A stretch of DNA of 64,000 nucleotides from Candidatus Latescibacterota bacterium (GTDB lineage Bacteria; Krumholzibacteriota; Krumholzibacteriia; WVZY01; JAKEHA01). The notes below the pieces were generated by a model. The model made no database searches. It was not told where the DNA came from and saw nothing but the letters and a program-made list of their open reading frames with translations. The position numbers and the translations under genes are program-made. The stretch lies in assembly GCA_963707635.1 (NCBI GenBank), contig OY970173.1, forward strand, positions 608,001 through 672,000, written 5' to 3'. Shown in pieces: positions 29,147 to 39,498 of the stretch; the stretch's first letter is position 1; every line of letters begins with the position of its first letter.

Positions 29147-30523
29147 GTGACCATGCGAGCGAATCGACGCTTTCTCTGGCTCGTGGCTGCGCTGGGCACG
29201 TGCATGCGCACGGACGCAGGCGTCGCCGTCTCCAAGACCGCTGACGCGCTGGTCGCCGACCCGCACGCCGTCGTCGACCTGCCAGCGGGGTGGTCGTACA
29301 CCATCGTCTCGCGCAAGGGCGACGAAATGGACGACGGCCTCGTCGTACCGGGGCTCTGTGACGGCATGGGGGCGTTTCCCGGGCCCGACGGCACCGTGAT
29401 CCTCGTTTGCAACCACGAGTCGTTTTCTGCCGCCGACGGTCCCTTCGGCGCGAAGTATGAGCGCCTCGCGCGGATTCCGACCGCTAAACTCTACGACCTG
29501 GGCTTCGGGATGACACCGTGTCCCGGCGGCACCACCACGCTGGTGTGGGACCCGAAGACACGAACGCTCGTGCGCCAGTTCCTGAGCCTCGCCGGCACGC
29601 TTCGCAATTGTTCGGGGGGACCCACGCCGTGGGGGAGCTGGCTGACGTGCGAGGAGATTACGATGCGAGGCGGCACTCACAATGACGGCGCCGTTCACTT
29701 GCAGAAAGACCACGGCTACGTATTCGAAGTTCCCGCGACGGCCGAGGCCGCACTGGCGGAACCCGTCCCGCTCAAGGCCCTGGGACGGTTTTACCACGAA
29801 GGTGCCGCCGTCGATTCGCGCACCGGCATCGTGTACATGACCGAAGACCTGGACGACGGGCTCATCTACCGCTTCATCCCCGACGTGAAGGGGGATCTCA
29901 CGAGCGGTCGCTTGCAGGCGCTCGCGCTGGCCAGCGGCGTGCGCGACTCGCGCAACTGGGAAAAGAGTGGCGCGAAGATCAAGATCGGCGAAAAATTCGC
30001 CGTGAAATGGATCGGCATGGACGACATTGACGCCCCCAAGGACGACCTGCGTACGCGCGGCCACGACCTGGGCGCATGTGTGTTTGCGCGCGGCGAGGGC
30101 CTGGTCATGTCCGCCGGCTCGGTGTATTTCGCGTGCACTTCGGGTGGCATCGCGAGGATAGGACAGATCTGGCGCTACACCCCCGGCAGCGACGAAGGCA
30201 CGAACAAGGAAAGCCGCGCGCCGGGGACGCTGGAATTGTTCATCGAGCCGAACGATTCGACGCAGCTCCAGAATCCCGACAACCTCACCGCCGCGTCGAA
30301 TGGTAACGACCTGGTGGTGTGCGAGGACACGGGTGGAAGCGGCGCCCGACTCGTGAGCGTGACGCGCCACGGCACGCTTCGCACGCTGGCGCGGGCGCGG
30401 ATCCGATCGGAGTTCGCCGGGGCCACTTTTTCACCCGACGGCCGGACGTTGTTCGTGAACCTGCAGGAGCCCGGGCTCACGATTGCGATCCAGGGGTCCA
30501 GTGTCATGGGAACGCGATACTGA
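29147..30523 (+). CDS. PhoX/DUF839-family alkaline phosphatase
   Basis: Tat-like NRRFL; DGMGAF, NHE, NCSGGPTPWGSWLTCEE, GRFYHE, GEG, PDN, CED, SEFAG. Confidence 0.88.
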   Translation: MTMRANRRFLWLVAALGTCMRTDAGVAVSKTADALVADPHAVVDLPAGWSYTIVSRKGDEMDDGLVVPGLCDGMGAFPGPDGTVILVCNHESFSAADGPFGAKYERLARIPTAKLYDLGFGMTPCPGGTTTLVWDPKTRTLVRQFLSLAGTLRNCSGGPTPWGSWLTCEEITMRGGTHNDGAVHLQKDHGYVFEVPATAEAALAEPVPLKALGRFYHEGAAVDSRTGIVYMTEDLDDGLIYRFIPDVKGDLTSGRLQALALASGVRDSRNWEKSGAKIKIGEKFAVKWIGMDDIDAPKDDLRTRGHDLGACVFARGEGLVMSAGSVYFACTSGGIARIGQIWRYTPGSDEGTNKESRAPGTLELFIEPNDSTQLQNPDNLTAASNGNDLVVCEDTGGSGARLVSVTRHGTLRTLARARIRSEFAGATFSPDGRTLFVNLQEPGLTIAIQGSSVMGTRY

Positions 30524-30524
30524 A

Positions 30525-31577
30525 ATGGGAATAAGGTCACGGTGGAAGGTGCTCGTGCTAGTGACCGTCGTGGTGACGGCCGGTGTGGACGCCCACCCCT
30601 GCACGACGTTCTGTCTCGAGGGCGGGAAGTCGCTCGTGTTCGGCAAGAACTACGACTGGGGAGTCGGCGTCGGCATGGCGGTGGTGAACCAGCGCGGTGT
30701 GGCCAAGACTGCGTTCACCGACGACCACCCGGCGCGGTGGACCTCGCGTTACGGGAGCGTGACCTTCAACCAGTACGGGCGCGAGTTTCCGAGCGGGGGG
30801 ATGAACGAAGCCGGGCTGGTCGTGGAGTTGATGTGGCTCGACGACACCGCCTACCCGGAACCCGACGCGCGTGGCGGACTGCCGACGCTGCAGTGGATTC
30901 AGTACCAGCTCGACGTTTCCGCGACGGTAGATGACGTGGTGGCGAGCGACCAGGCGGTGCGGATCACCCCCGGAGGCACCGCGAAGATCCACTTCTTGGT
31001 GGCGGACGCGAAGGGCGGGTGCGCGGCGGTGGAATGGCTGGCGGGGCGAATGGTGGTGCATCGCGGCAAGGCGATGCCGTTCAAGGCGCTCACCAACGAC
31101 ACCTACGAAGCGTCGGTTGCGTACGCGCGCCGCGCGGCCGGCGGTGGTGGAATGTCGTCGCTCGAACGGTTCGCGCGCGCGGCCGCGCGAACGAACGAGG
31201 ACTCGCACCGTGGCACGGCGGCCATCGACGACGCCTTCGAGCTGCTGGCGGATGTCGCCCAGGGTGACTACACGCAATGGAGCATCGTTTACGATATCGG
31301 CGCCAGGCGCGTCCTGTTCCGAACCCGCCTCAACCGCGAGACGCGCTGGCTGGACCTGGCGGCGCTCGATTTCGCCTGCGGCGCGCGGCCGCTGGCGGTC
31401 GGCGTGAACGGGGCCGGCTCCGGAAATCTGGCGGCGAAACTATCCGCCTGCACACTGGAGACGAACACGGAACTCGTGCAGGCGGCGTTCGCCGCGACGG
31501 AGTTCCTGCGCGGGGTGTCGCTCGAGGCCCAACAGGACCTTGCCCGCTACCCGGAACGGATGCAGTGCGTTCCCTGA
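30525..31577 (+). CDS. Linear amide C-N hydrolase (choloylglycine hydrolase/penicillin V acylase family), secreted
   Basis: Signal peptide followed by nucleophile CTTF; GKNYDW; GMNEAGL; WIQYQLD; SLERF. Confidence 0.88.
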   Translation: MGIRSRWKVLVLVTVVVTAGVDAHPCTTFCLEGGKSLVFGKNYDWGVGVGMAVVNQRGVAKTAFTDDHPARWTSRYGSVTFNQYGREFPSGGMNEAGLVVELMWLDDTAYPEPDARGGLPTLQWIQYQLDVSATVDDVVASDQAVRITPGGTAKIHFLVADAKGGCAAVEWLAGRMVVHRGKAMPFKALTNDTYEASVAYARRAAGGGGMSSLERFARAAARTNEDSHRGTAAIDDAFELLADVAQGDYTQWSIVYDIGARRVLFRTRLNRETRWLDLAALDFACGARPLAVGVNGAGSGNLAAKLSACTLETNTELVQAAFAATEFLRGVSLEAQQDLARYPERMQCVP

Positions 31578-31584
31578 CGCGCGT

Positions 31585-32070
31585 CTAACCGGAGGGGACG
31601 AGGGCGAGCAGAGCCGTGACCGTCTCCGGGGCTCGTTCCGACAGCGCGGCCACGAGTCCGACGCCGATTCCGTAGGCCACGTGACCCGCGACGTGCGCCG
31701 CGGCGACTTCCACCCCCGCGGTCTGGAATTTCTCGACCGGGTGGTTCTCGGCCACCAGCGCCATCAGCACGAAACTCATCGCGGCGCCGTGGAACACGCC
31801 GATGGCGATACACACGGCGACGATTTCGAGGAAACTGTGCGTTCCCACCGAACGAACGATGAGCAGGTAGGGAATCGCGAAACAGCACCCGGCGGTGAAG
31901 TGGAGCGCGAGCCCCGGCGCGAGCGATCTTTCGTAGTGGCGTGTGATGAGGCTTCCGAGCGCGCGGATCATGTCGGCGTTCGCCCAGCCGGCCCGGTGGA
32001 TGAACCACATGACGCCGGTCATGAACGCGGTGCCGACGATCCCCGCTGCGACGACGATCAGTGGAAACAT
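31585..32070 (-). CDS. Four-TM membrane protein (DUF6789-like)
   Basis: AGIVGTAFMT, ADMIRALGS, GLALHF, AHVAGHVAYG. Confidence 0.7.
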   Translation of the reverse strand: MFPLIVVAAGIVGTAFMTGVMWFIHRAGWANADMIRALGSLITRHYERSLAPGLALHFTAGCCFAIPYLLIVRSVGTHSFLEIVAVCIAIGVFHGAAMSFVLMALVAENHPVEKFQTAGVEVAAAHVAGHVAYGIGVGLVAALSERAPETVTALLALVPSG

Positions 32071-32190
32071 GGTGCAGCCTCCATGGGTTGATTCGAAGAT
32101 AGCCCTCCGGGCGCGCCGCGTAAAGGGCGAGGTTTTTTCCTTCTCTGCGCGAGGCCCTTTTCGCCGCCCGCGAACTGTGTCATCCTGACC

Positions 32191-32958
32191 ATGATGAGTC
32201 GCGTTCCCATCTGGTTGCTCCACCGTCCCATTGCGCACCGCGGGCTCCACGACGCGTCGAAGGGTGTCGCCGAAAACTCGCTTCCCGCGTTCTGGGCGTC
32301 GGCGCGCGCGGGTTATCCCGCCGAGCTCGACGTGCGCCTGCTCGCGGACGGCGAGGTGGTGGTGTTGCACGACCGCGACCTCGATCGCGCCACCGGCGCG
32401 AGTGGTCCCGTCTCCGCACGCACGACTGCGGACCTGGCGGGTGTCTTCCTGGAAGGCATGGATGGATCGGCCGACGCTCGCGTGCCGCTCTTGCGCGACG
32501 TGCTGAATCTCGTCGCCGGGTCCACGCCGCTCCTGATCGAGATCAAGAACGAGGGCGAGGTCGGCCGCATCGAGCCGGCGGTGGCCGCCGCCCTGCTCGG
32601 GTATCGCGGAGCGTTCGCCATCCAGTCGTTCCACCCGGGTACGGTGCGGTGGTGGAGGGAGCACGTGCCCGACGTGGTGCGCGGTCTCCTCTCCGGCGAC
32701 TTTCGCGACGAGCCGATGGACGCCGCCGCGAAACTCCGCCTGCAGAACCTCGAGTCCATCGGCCAGTGCGAGCCCGATTTCATCGGCTATGACATCCGGC
32801 TGCTGCCCTTCGAGCCGGTGGCGCGCGAACGGGCCGCGGGCCGGCCGGTGCTGGGGTGGACGGCGCGTTCGCTGGAGGATGGGCAGCGCGCACTCGCCCA
32901 CTGCGACAACATCATCTTCGAAGGGTTCGATCCCACCGCGCTTGGGAGCCACGCGTGA
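32191..32958 (+). CDS. Glycerophosphodiester phosphodiesterase family
   Basis: IAHRGLH, ENS, ELDV, VVLHD, LIEIK, QSF, WT, IIFEGF. Confidence 0.92.
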   Translation: MMSRVPIWLLHRPIAHRGLHDASKGVAENSLPAFWASARAGYPAELDVRLLADGEVVVLHDRDLDRATGASGPVSARTTADLAGVFLEGMDGSADARVPLLRDVLNLVAGSTPLLIEIKNEGEVGRIEPAVAAALLGYRGAFAIQSFHPGTVRWWREHVPDVVRGLLSGDFRDEPMDAAAKLRLQNLESIGQCEPDFIGYDIRLLPFEPVARERAAGRPVLGWTARSLEDGQRALAHCDNIIFEGFDPTALGSHA

Positions 32959-34232
32959 ATCCGCGCGTCACACGCATCCTCGTCACCACGACGACGGCGC
33001 TCGCCCTGTGGATGGGCGCCTGCTCGCGCGAGTCGAAACCGCCCAACCTGGTATTGGTCACCGTCGACACGCTGCGGCCCGACCATCTCGGGTACGCGGG
33101 CTACGCGCGCCGCACCAGCCCCGCGATCGACCGGCTCGCGAGCGCGGGTGTCGTCTTCACCCACGCCACCAGCGTGGCCGGGTGGACGCTGCCGTCGATG
33201 GCGACGATCTTCAACGGCCACTACCCGAAGGATCACGGGGCGACCGATTTTCATTGGTCGATCGACGCGTCGCTGCCGTCGCTCACATCGATTCTGCGCA
33301 AGCACGGCTACGACACCTACGGTTTCGTGAGCCACATCATGCTCACCCCGACGTACGGCATGGGCGACGGCTTCGGGCATTTTGACTTTTCCGTGCTCAA
33401 CGTCGGGCACCCGCACGAAATCGAAACCTCGCAGAAGCTGACCGAGATCGCGCGCAGCGGCGTGCGCGGAATGAAGGAACCGTACTTCGTCTGGGTGCAC
33501 TACTTCGACCCGCACTTCGAGTACCTGGAGCACCCGCAGTACCCGTTCGGCGCGGCCGACATCGATCGCTACGACGCGGAGATCGCGTACACCGACTACT
33601 ACATCGACGACCTGCTCAAGGTGGTCGATCGCAAGAATACCGTTGTCGTGTTCACCTCGGACCACGGCGAGGAATTCGGCGAGCACGGAGGAAAATACCA
33701 CTACACGCTGCACGGCGAGGTGATGCGCGTGCCGCTGGTGATCAAGGCGCCCGGGCTCGCGCATCGGGAGGAACCGGCGCCGGCGGAGCAGATCGACCTC
33801 CTGCCGACGATCCTCAAGCTGCTCGCGATCGATCCTCCCGCCGGACTTCCCGGGCGCGACCTCTTCGCTCCCGCGGACCCGCGCCGTCCGATCTTCATGG
33901 AAAGAGACCGGCCCCCGCAGTGGCGCCAGCGCGGCGTCGTGCGCGGCGCCCACAAGCTGGTCGTCGTCGAAGAGGCGGACACGACACTGGTGCCGGCCAC
34001 GAGCCGGAACGAAGAGGTCCCCGTGACGTGGGTGAAGCCGGGGATGTACCTCTACGACCTCGAGCGCGATCCCGGTGAGACGACGAACCTCTTCTCCACG
34101 GACGACTCGACGTCGCTTTCCTTGCTGGGACTCTTGACCTCTCACTTCGCGACCGCGGCGGCGCGCAAGCAGCCAGTCGAGCTGGACGAGGACCTGCTCC
34201 GGAAGCTCAAGAGCCTGGGCTACATCAACTGA
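32955..34232 (+). CDS. Sulfatase-like (alkaline phosphatase superfamily) lipoprotein, Thr at the formylglycine position
   Basis: VDTLRPDH, WTLPSMAT, HYFDPH, TSDHGE, LYDLERDPGE; C-terminal LKSLGYIN. Confidence 0.88.
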   Translation: MNPRVTRILVTTTTALALWMGACSRESKPPNLVLVTVDTLRPDHLGYAGYARRTSPAIDRLASAGVVFTHATSVAGWTLPSMATIFNGHYPKDHGATDFHWSIDASLPSLTSILRKHGYDTYGFVSHIMLTPTYGMGDGFGHFDFSVLNVGHPHEIETSQKLTEIARSGVRGMKEPYFVWVHYFDPHFEYLEHPQYPFGAADIDRYDAEIAYTDYYIDDLLKVVDRKNTVVVFTSDHGEEFGEHGGKYHYTLHGEVMRVPLVIKAPGLAHREEPAPAEQIDLLPTILKLLAIDPPAGLPGRDLFAPADPRRPIFMERDRPPQWRQRGVVRGAHKLVVVEEADTTLVPATSRNEEVPVTWVKPGMYLYDLERDPGETTNLFSTDDSTSLSLLGLLTSHFATAAARKQPVELDEDLLRKLKSLGYIN

Positions 34233-34357
34233 TCGCACTCGGCGTCCCGGCGCACGAGGGGAGGGCTCCCGCTCGCGGGATACCCGGCGTGCGCCATGAC
34301 CTCCGAGGTTGCGAACGTTGTGTTATCATCGGCTCGACCGCGAGGAGGCCCCTGTCC

Positions 34358-35269
34358 ATGCGCTACGAATTCTGGACCGCCGATGTCTTCACCGACCGCG
34401 TCTTCGGAGGCAATCCGCTCGCCGTCGTTCCCGACGCCGGCGGCCTCAAGCCCGAGCAGATGCAGCTGATCGCGCGGGAGTTCAATCTTTCCGAAACCAG
34501 CTTCGTGCTTCCCCCGGAGTCCGGCGACCACGACTTCCGGGTGCGCATCTTTACGCCCGCGCGCGAGCTTCCATTCGCGGGACACCCGACCGTCGGCACC
34601 GCGTGCGTGCTGGCGGCGGCCGGGCGTGTGAAGCTGGAGCACGGCGAAGGGAAAGTAGTGCTCGGCGAGGGCGTGGGTGCGGTGCCGGTTTCCATCCACG
34701 GAGGCGGCGACAAGCCGTACTTCGCGCAGCTCACGACGGCGAAACTCCCGCAGTGGGGGGCGAGCCCACCGCCGTCCGAGATGCTCGCCGCGGTGCTCTC
34801 GCTCGAACCGACCAACGTGCTCGACGACGCTCGCGACGAGCCGCAGGCCATTTCGTGCGGGGTCCCGTTCATGTTCGTGCCGCTCGCGTCGCTCGAGGCG
34901 GTGCGCCGCGCGCGCCTCAACTGGGAGGGGTGGAATCAGTATCTTTCGTCCCACTGGGCACCCCAGGTCTTTCTGTTCGCGTTCGAGGCGGAAACCCGCG
35001 GGGTCACCGCCCACGCCCGCATGTTCTCGCCGTGGGCCGGGGTCGACGAGGACCCCGCCACCGGCTCGGCCGCGGCGGCCTTCGCGGGCTATCTCGTCCG
35101 CCGGGAACGTCCCGCCGACGGGACCGCGCGGTGGATGATCGAGCAGGGCTTCGAAATGGGGCGCCCCAGCTTCATCCAGATCGAGGCGGACGTGACCGAC
35201 GGCAAGCCGCAATCGGTTCGCGTGGGCGGGCAGACGGTCCTGGTCACCCGAGGCCACATCGACGTATAG
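34358..35269 (+). CDS. PhzF-family isomerase
   Basis: DVFT...GGNPLAV, NLSETSF, ELPFAGHPT, EDPATGSA, QGFEMGRPS. Confidence 0.93.
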   Translation: MRYEFWTADVFTDRVFGGNPLAVVPDAGGLKPEQMQLIAREFNLSETSFVLPPESGDHDFRVRIFTPARELPFAGHPTVGTACVLAAAGRVKLEHGEGKVVLGEGVGAVPVSIHGGGDKPYFAQLTTAKLPQWGASPPPSEMLAAVLSLEPTNVLDDARDEPQAISCGVPFMFVPLASLEAVRRARLNWEGWNQYLSSHWAPQVFLFAFEAETRGVTAHARMFSPWAGVDEDPATGSAAAAFAGYLVRRERPADGTARWMIEQGFEMGRPSFIQIEADVTDGKPQSVRVGGQTVLVTRGHIDV

Positions 35270-35285
35270 GCGGGAGGGGAGATCA

Positions 35286-37031
35286 ATGCTTCGCGCATGC
35301 GCGGTCGCGTTCGTGGTAACGGTTGTCGGCTTTGGAACCGCCGGCGCGGTGCCGTTGGTCGCGTCCACCCAGCCCGCGCGCGAACGCGCCGATGTTCCCG
35401 CGACGGCTGCCATTGTGGCGAATTTTTCAGAGCTGATCGATTCGACGACGGTGACGACCGCGTCGTTCCATGTGTACGGGCGTTGGTCGGGCCCCGCCGC
35501 GGGCACGTTCGCTTTCACACCGAACACCGTAACCTTCACGCCGACGCAGCCGTTCTTCGCAGGCGAGCGGGTGACGGTGGTCTTGAGCAAGACGATCCAG
35601 AATACCTCGGGCGCGCCGATGGCAAAGGGCTACGCGTGGTGCTTCTGGATCGAGACCGAAGCGTCGACACTGGACTTGACCTATGTCGGGCGGATCACGT
35701 GCCGGCTCGAGAGCGAGACGGCGGTGGGACCCTACGGCGCGTACGCCGGCGACCTCGACAACGATGGCTGGACCGACCTGCTGGTTCCGTGCGAGGTGCC
35801 CGGCGATGCGCGCGTGTTCATCAACGACGGCGCCGGCGGCTACTCGGGTTTCACAGTCGAGAGCCTTCCCAACGGCAGCGCGCCGAGTCCAAGCGAAGGC
35901 AGCGATCTCAATCTGGACGGCGAGATCGACGTCGTGATCGGCAACGGCACCAACGATCAGGTCACGGTGCTGATCGGCAACGGCGCGGGCAGTTTCACGG
36001 GCAAGACCAGCTACTCGGCGGGAGATAACGTGCGCGGCGTCGGCGTTCTCGACCTGAACGGTGACGGCTACGACGACATCGTGACGGCCAACCGCGTGGG
36101 CGATAACCTCTCGATTCTGCTCAACAACGGAAACGGGACGTTCGGCACGGCGGTGGCGAAGGAGACGGGCGGGAACACCGAGTACGCGATCGCGGTGGGT
36201 GACGCCAACAACGACGGCCTGCTCGACGTGTTCTGCGGGTCGTTCAGCTCGCCGTACCTGGTCATCCTGCTCTTGAGCGACGGGGCCGGGCACCTCAACG
36301 TCCAGACCTCCGTGCCGGCGGGTGGGAGGCCGTGGCAGCTCACGTCCGGAGATTTCAACGGCGACGGCAACGTCGACGTGGCGGCCGCCAACTCGTGGGA
36401 GGACAACATGGGGGTTCTTTATGGCAACGGCGCCGGGGGCTTGAGCCCGGTTGTCGTCTACCCGACCGGGGACTTCCCGCACGCCATCGACGCCGGCGAC
36501 ATCGACGGCGACGGCGACCTCGACCTCGTGACCAGCGACATTGGTTCCGCCACCTGGACCGTGTATGAGAACGAGAACGGAACCTTCATCGATCCGCGCA
36601 CGCTCAACTCGGCGAACGCGGGCTCGTGCGCGGTGCTCCACGACCGCGACAACGACGGCGACCTGGATATCACCGGCGTCGACGAGCTGGACGACTGGAT
36701 CTATTTCTTCGAGAACGTACAGCCGCCGACTCCGGTTCAGCCGGCGCCCGCGCCGGCGGCGACGCTGTTCCAGAATCACCCCAACCCGTTCAACCCGGCC
36801 ACGACGATTCGCTTCGACATCACGCGCACGACCGATGTCGATCTGTCTATCTTCGACGCGCGCGGCGGCTTCGTCGCTACCGTGACACACCGTCGCCACG
36901 ACCCGGGAACGTACACCGCGCGCTGGGGCGGGATCGACGCGCGCGGCGATGTCCAACCGTCGGGCGTCTATTTCTATCGATTGACGGCGGGGGGCGTCAG
37001 CGAGTCGAAGAAGATGGTGCTCTTGAAGTAG
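35286..37031 (+). CDS. Secreted Ig-like + FG-GAP repeat protein with FlgD-Ig C-terminal domain
   Basis: Seven DxxxDGxxD repeats; QNHPNPFNP...SGVYFYRL...KKMVLLK. Confidence 0.88.
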   Translation: MLRACAVAFVVTVVGFGTAGAVPLVASTQPARERADVPATAAIVANFSELIDSTTVTTASFHVYGRWSGPAAGTFAFTPNTVTFTPTQPFFAGERVTVVLSKTIQNTSGAPMAKGYAWCFWIETEASTLDLTYVGRITCRLESETAVGPYGAYAGDLDNDGWTDLLVPCEVPGDARVFINDGAGGYSGFTVESLPNGSAPSPSEGSDLNLDGEIDVVIGNGTNDQVTVLIGNGAGSFTGKTSYSAGDNVRGVGVLDLNGDGYDDIVTANRVGDNLSILLNNGNGTFGTAVAKETGGNTEYAIAVGDANNDGLLDVFCGSFSSPYLVILLLSDGAGHLNVQTSVPAGGRPWQLTSGDFNGDGNVDVAAANSWEDNMGVLYGNGAGGLSPVVVYPTGDFPHAIDAGDIDGDGDLDLVTSDIGSATWTVYENENGTFIDPRTLNSANAGSCAVLHDRDNDGDLDITGVDELDDWIYFFENVQPPTPVQPAPAPAATLFQNHPNPFNPATTIRFDITRTTDVDLSIFDARGGFVATVTHRRHDPGTYTARWGGIDARGDVQPSGVYFYRLTAGGVSESKKMVLLK

Positions 37032-37038
37032 GAAGCGC

Positions 37039-38445
37039 CTACTGAATGTACCCCAGCGACTTGAGCTGCTCCAACCGCTCCGCCTGATCCGCTGCTTCCT
37101 TCAATCGCAGCTTCCGCGTTTCCTCGAACGCCTTGTCGTCGTGCGTGTCCACGTAACGGACCGGGAAGCGCTCGAGCCACGCGGCATCGACGACATCGGT
37201 GAGCACCTTGCCGCGCATGTCGCGGCCGATCGGAACATCCTTGATGGCCAGCAGGGTCGGGAGCACGTCGTAGACGCTGCCGACCGTTGGCAATGCGCCG
37301 GTGGAAAGCGGGAGCGAGAGCGAATCGCCGGGCACCGCGTCGCGGATCATCGGGCCGGCCGCGATGAACACGCCCGGGGGCTCATCGAGGTGGTTGCCCG
37401 AGTTCCAGTTCTCCGGTGAGTCCTCGACCTTGAACTGCTGTTTGGGATTCACGGTGTGAAACCCGTGGTCGGACACGATCATTACGGTTGCGTTCGCGGG
37501 CGCGAGCCGGAGCACGTCGCCGATCACGCGGTCGAGGTGCACGTAGTAGTCGTCGATCACGTGCCCGAACGCGGCCACTTCCTCCGGCGCAGGCGGGAAG
37601 AAGAAATCCTTCGGGTGCGCGTAGCGCCAGAAGCGGTGGCTGGCAACGTCCGGTCCGCCAAGGTAGAACGTGAGAAGGTCGAAGGGCTCCCGCTCCTCGA
37701 GTAACCGCTCGGCCACCCTCGTATACACGGCGTCGGCCCGGAACGCCCACCGCGACTGGTCCCACATGAGCTGCGTGAACGGCGTTTTCGGCGCCTGGAC
37801 GGCCCCGTCGAAGATCGAGCGGGCGAGCGAGTCGAAACCGGCCTCGGCGGCGTCGAGGATGTCCATCACCTCGGTCTGCCGGGCCGCCGGGCTGACCTGA
37901 CCCTCGACCCCGCGGAGCAGGGACCCCTTCCAGAGGGCCCGCTTCGGGTCCACGAGGACGCCGGTGGTGTTGGTCTGGGCCACCATCACGCCGTGGATCG
38001 CCTCGGCGGGGAAGGTCATCCACCACCCGAGCACGTCCACGGTGAGCCCGTAGTCGGAAAGTATGTTCCAGACCGCCTTGGTCGCCCGGTGGCCGCTCGA
38101 ATAGTAGCGGGTGGTGCCAGCTTCGGTGTAAACGAAATGCTTGATGCCGTGCGCGTCGGGCGATTTCCCGGTGGCAATCGTGGTCCACACCACCGGGGAA
38201 TAGGTGGGCGTCATCGTCTCGAGGTATCCGAAGGAGCCCCGCGCCATCAGCGAGGCCAGGTTCGGGAGTCGCCCGGCGTTCAAGAGCGGGGTCGCCACGG
38301 ACCACTCCATGCCGTCGACCGCGAGCAGGATCAACGGGCCGCGCGCAGATGCCGGCACGGCGCGCTCCGGGGCGCGCGAGCACGCGAGCGTGGTCGCGAG
38401 CGCGATGCCCAGTGCGATCGTCGACCGGCGCGTGAGAGTAAGCAT
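37039..38445 (-). CDS. Alkaline phosphatase superfamily / type I phosphodiesterase-like lipoprotein
   Basis: Lipobox TLAC; LAVDGMEW, TYSPVVWTTIATG, DVASH, VSDHGF; C-terminal LKSLGYIQ. Confidence 0.85.
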   Translation of the reverse strand: MLTLTRRSTIALGIALATTLACSRAPERAVPASARGPLILLAVDGMEWSVATPLLNAGRLPNLASLMARGSFGYLETMTPTYSPVVWTTIATGKSPDAHGIKHFVYTEAGTTRYYSSGHRATKAVWNILSDYGLTVDVLGWWMTFPAEAIHGVMVAQTNTTGVLVDPKRALWKGSLLRGVEGQVSPAARQTEVMDILDAAEAGFDSLARSIFDGAVQAPKTPFTQLMWDQSRWAFRADAVYTRVAERLLEEREPFDLLTFYLGGPDVASHRFWRYAHPKDFFFPPAPEEVAAFGHVIDDYYVHLDRVIGDVLRLAPANATVMIVSDHGFHTVNPKQQFKVEDSPENWNSGNHLDEPPGVFIAAGPMIRDAVPGDSLSLPLSTGALPTVGSVYDVLPTLLAIKDVPIGRDMRGKVLTDVVDAAWLERFPVRYVDTHDDKAFEETRKLRLKEAADQAERLEQLKSLGYIQ

Positions 38446-38473
38446 GCTCACATTGTAAGGCCTGTTCCGGCGC

Positions 38474-38503
38474 TTGAAAACGCCAACATTCGCGTGGTAT
38501 ACT
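38474..38503 (+). promoter_or_regulatory. Putative sigma-70 promoter TTGAAA-N18-TATACT with extended TG
   Basis: Near-consensus boxes in the divergent gap. Confidence 0.5.
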
Positions 38504-38565
38504 GATGCACCGTTTTTGCAGCGACCCTGCTGGTCCATGGCGACGCGGTCGGAGGGCTTGGGATT

Positions 38566-39498
38566 TTGACGAGACAACGACCGGGCAGCGTTGGGGTCGT
38601 GCTGGTGTGGATTGCGCTCGCGGCCCCCGCGAGCGCGCAGGTGGATGATCGACTGGAAGCCTACACCGGGCGCAACGCGACCGGCTACATGGCCCCCCTC
38701 GTCGACGGGTTTCGTTCGAATCTGAACTCGGGGCTGTTTCACTCCGCGCGGATTGCCGACGGGTTCAACATCAGCCTCGAGTTCAACGTGACGGTGACGC
38801 TGTTCAGCGAAGAGAGTCGCACCTTCCTGGCGACCACTGAAGGCGGCTTCCAGCCGGAGACCACCGTCCGCGCGCCGACCGTCGTCGGGGATCCCGACGC
38901 GGTCTACGTCGAAGGGGACTCGGCGCTGGTGTTCGCGTTCCCCGGGGGATTCGACGTCGACCACATGTACCTGTCCTGCCCGCAGGTGCGGGTGGGAACC
39001 TGGAAAGGAACCGAGGTCGTCGGGCGGCTGATTCTATACGACACCGGGAGCATCGAGGTGGGGAGGCTGGGGGTCTGGGGCGCCGGGGTGCGGCACAGCG
39101 TGTCGCAGTATTTTCCGAAGCTCGCCCCCGTGGATGTGGCGCTCGCGGCGATGTGGCAGCACGCCGAGCTGCACAACGACGACGACCAGGACGTGCTCGA
39201 CAGCGAGCTGGCCACCGTCGCCGTCCACAGCGGGGTGGCGCTGGGGTCGATGGTCCCGTACGCGGGAGTGTCGATCTCCTGGTACTCGATGGCGATCCGG
39301 TATCGCTTCGATGACATCGACGTCGAGCCCGTCGAGCTCGACTTCAGTTCGAACGCGGACTTGCAGCTGACATTGGGGGTGTCGTATCAGGTGGGCTTCG
39401 TCGCCGCCTATGGTGAGTACAACGTTGCCTCGGAGCACTCCGTGGCGGCGGGACTGTCGATTCAGTTTCCCTTTTCCAACAGGAGCGTGACGCAATGA
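38566..39498 (+). CDS. DUF6588-family secreted/outer-membrane protein
   Basis: GYMAPLVDGF.SNLNSG.FHSA, APTVVG, PQVRVG, WGAGVRHSVSQY. Confidence 0.7.
   Translation: MTRQRPGSVGVVLVWIALAAPASAQVDDRLEAYTGRNATGYMAPLVDGFRSNLNSGLFHSARIADGFNISLEFNVTVTLFSEESRTFLATTEGGFQPETTVRAPTVVGDPDAVYVEGDSALVFAFPGGFDVDHMYLSCPQVRVGTWKGTEVVGRLILYDTGSIEVGRLGVWGAGVRHSVSQYFPKLAPVDVALAAMWQHAELHNDDDQDVLDSELATVAVHSGVALGSMVPYAGVSISWYSMAIRYRFDDIDVEPVELDFSSNADLQLTLGVSYQVGFVAAYGEYNVASEHSVAAGLSIQFPFSNRSVTQ

Noticed and set aside
34358..35269. PhzF as a sign of phenazine biosynthesis
   Set aside because: No other phz genes are present; stand-alone PhzF-like proteins are common.
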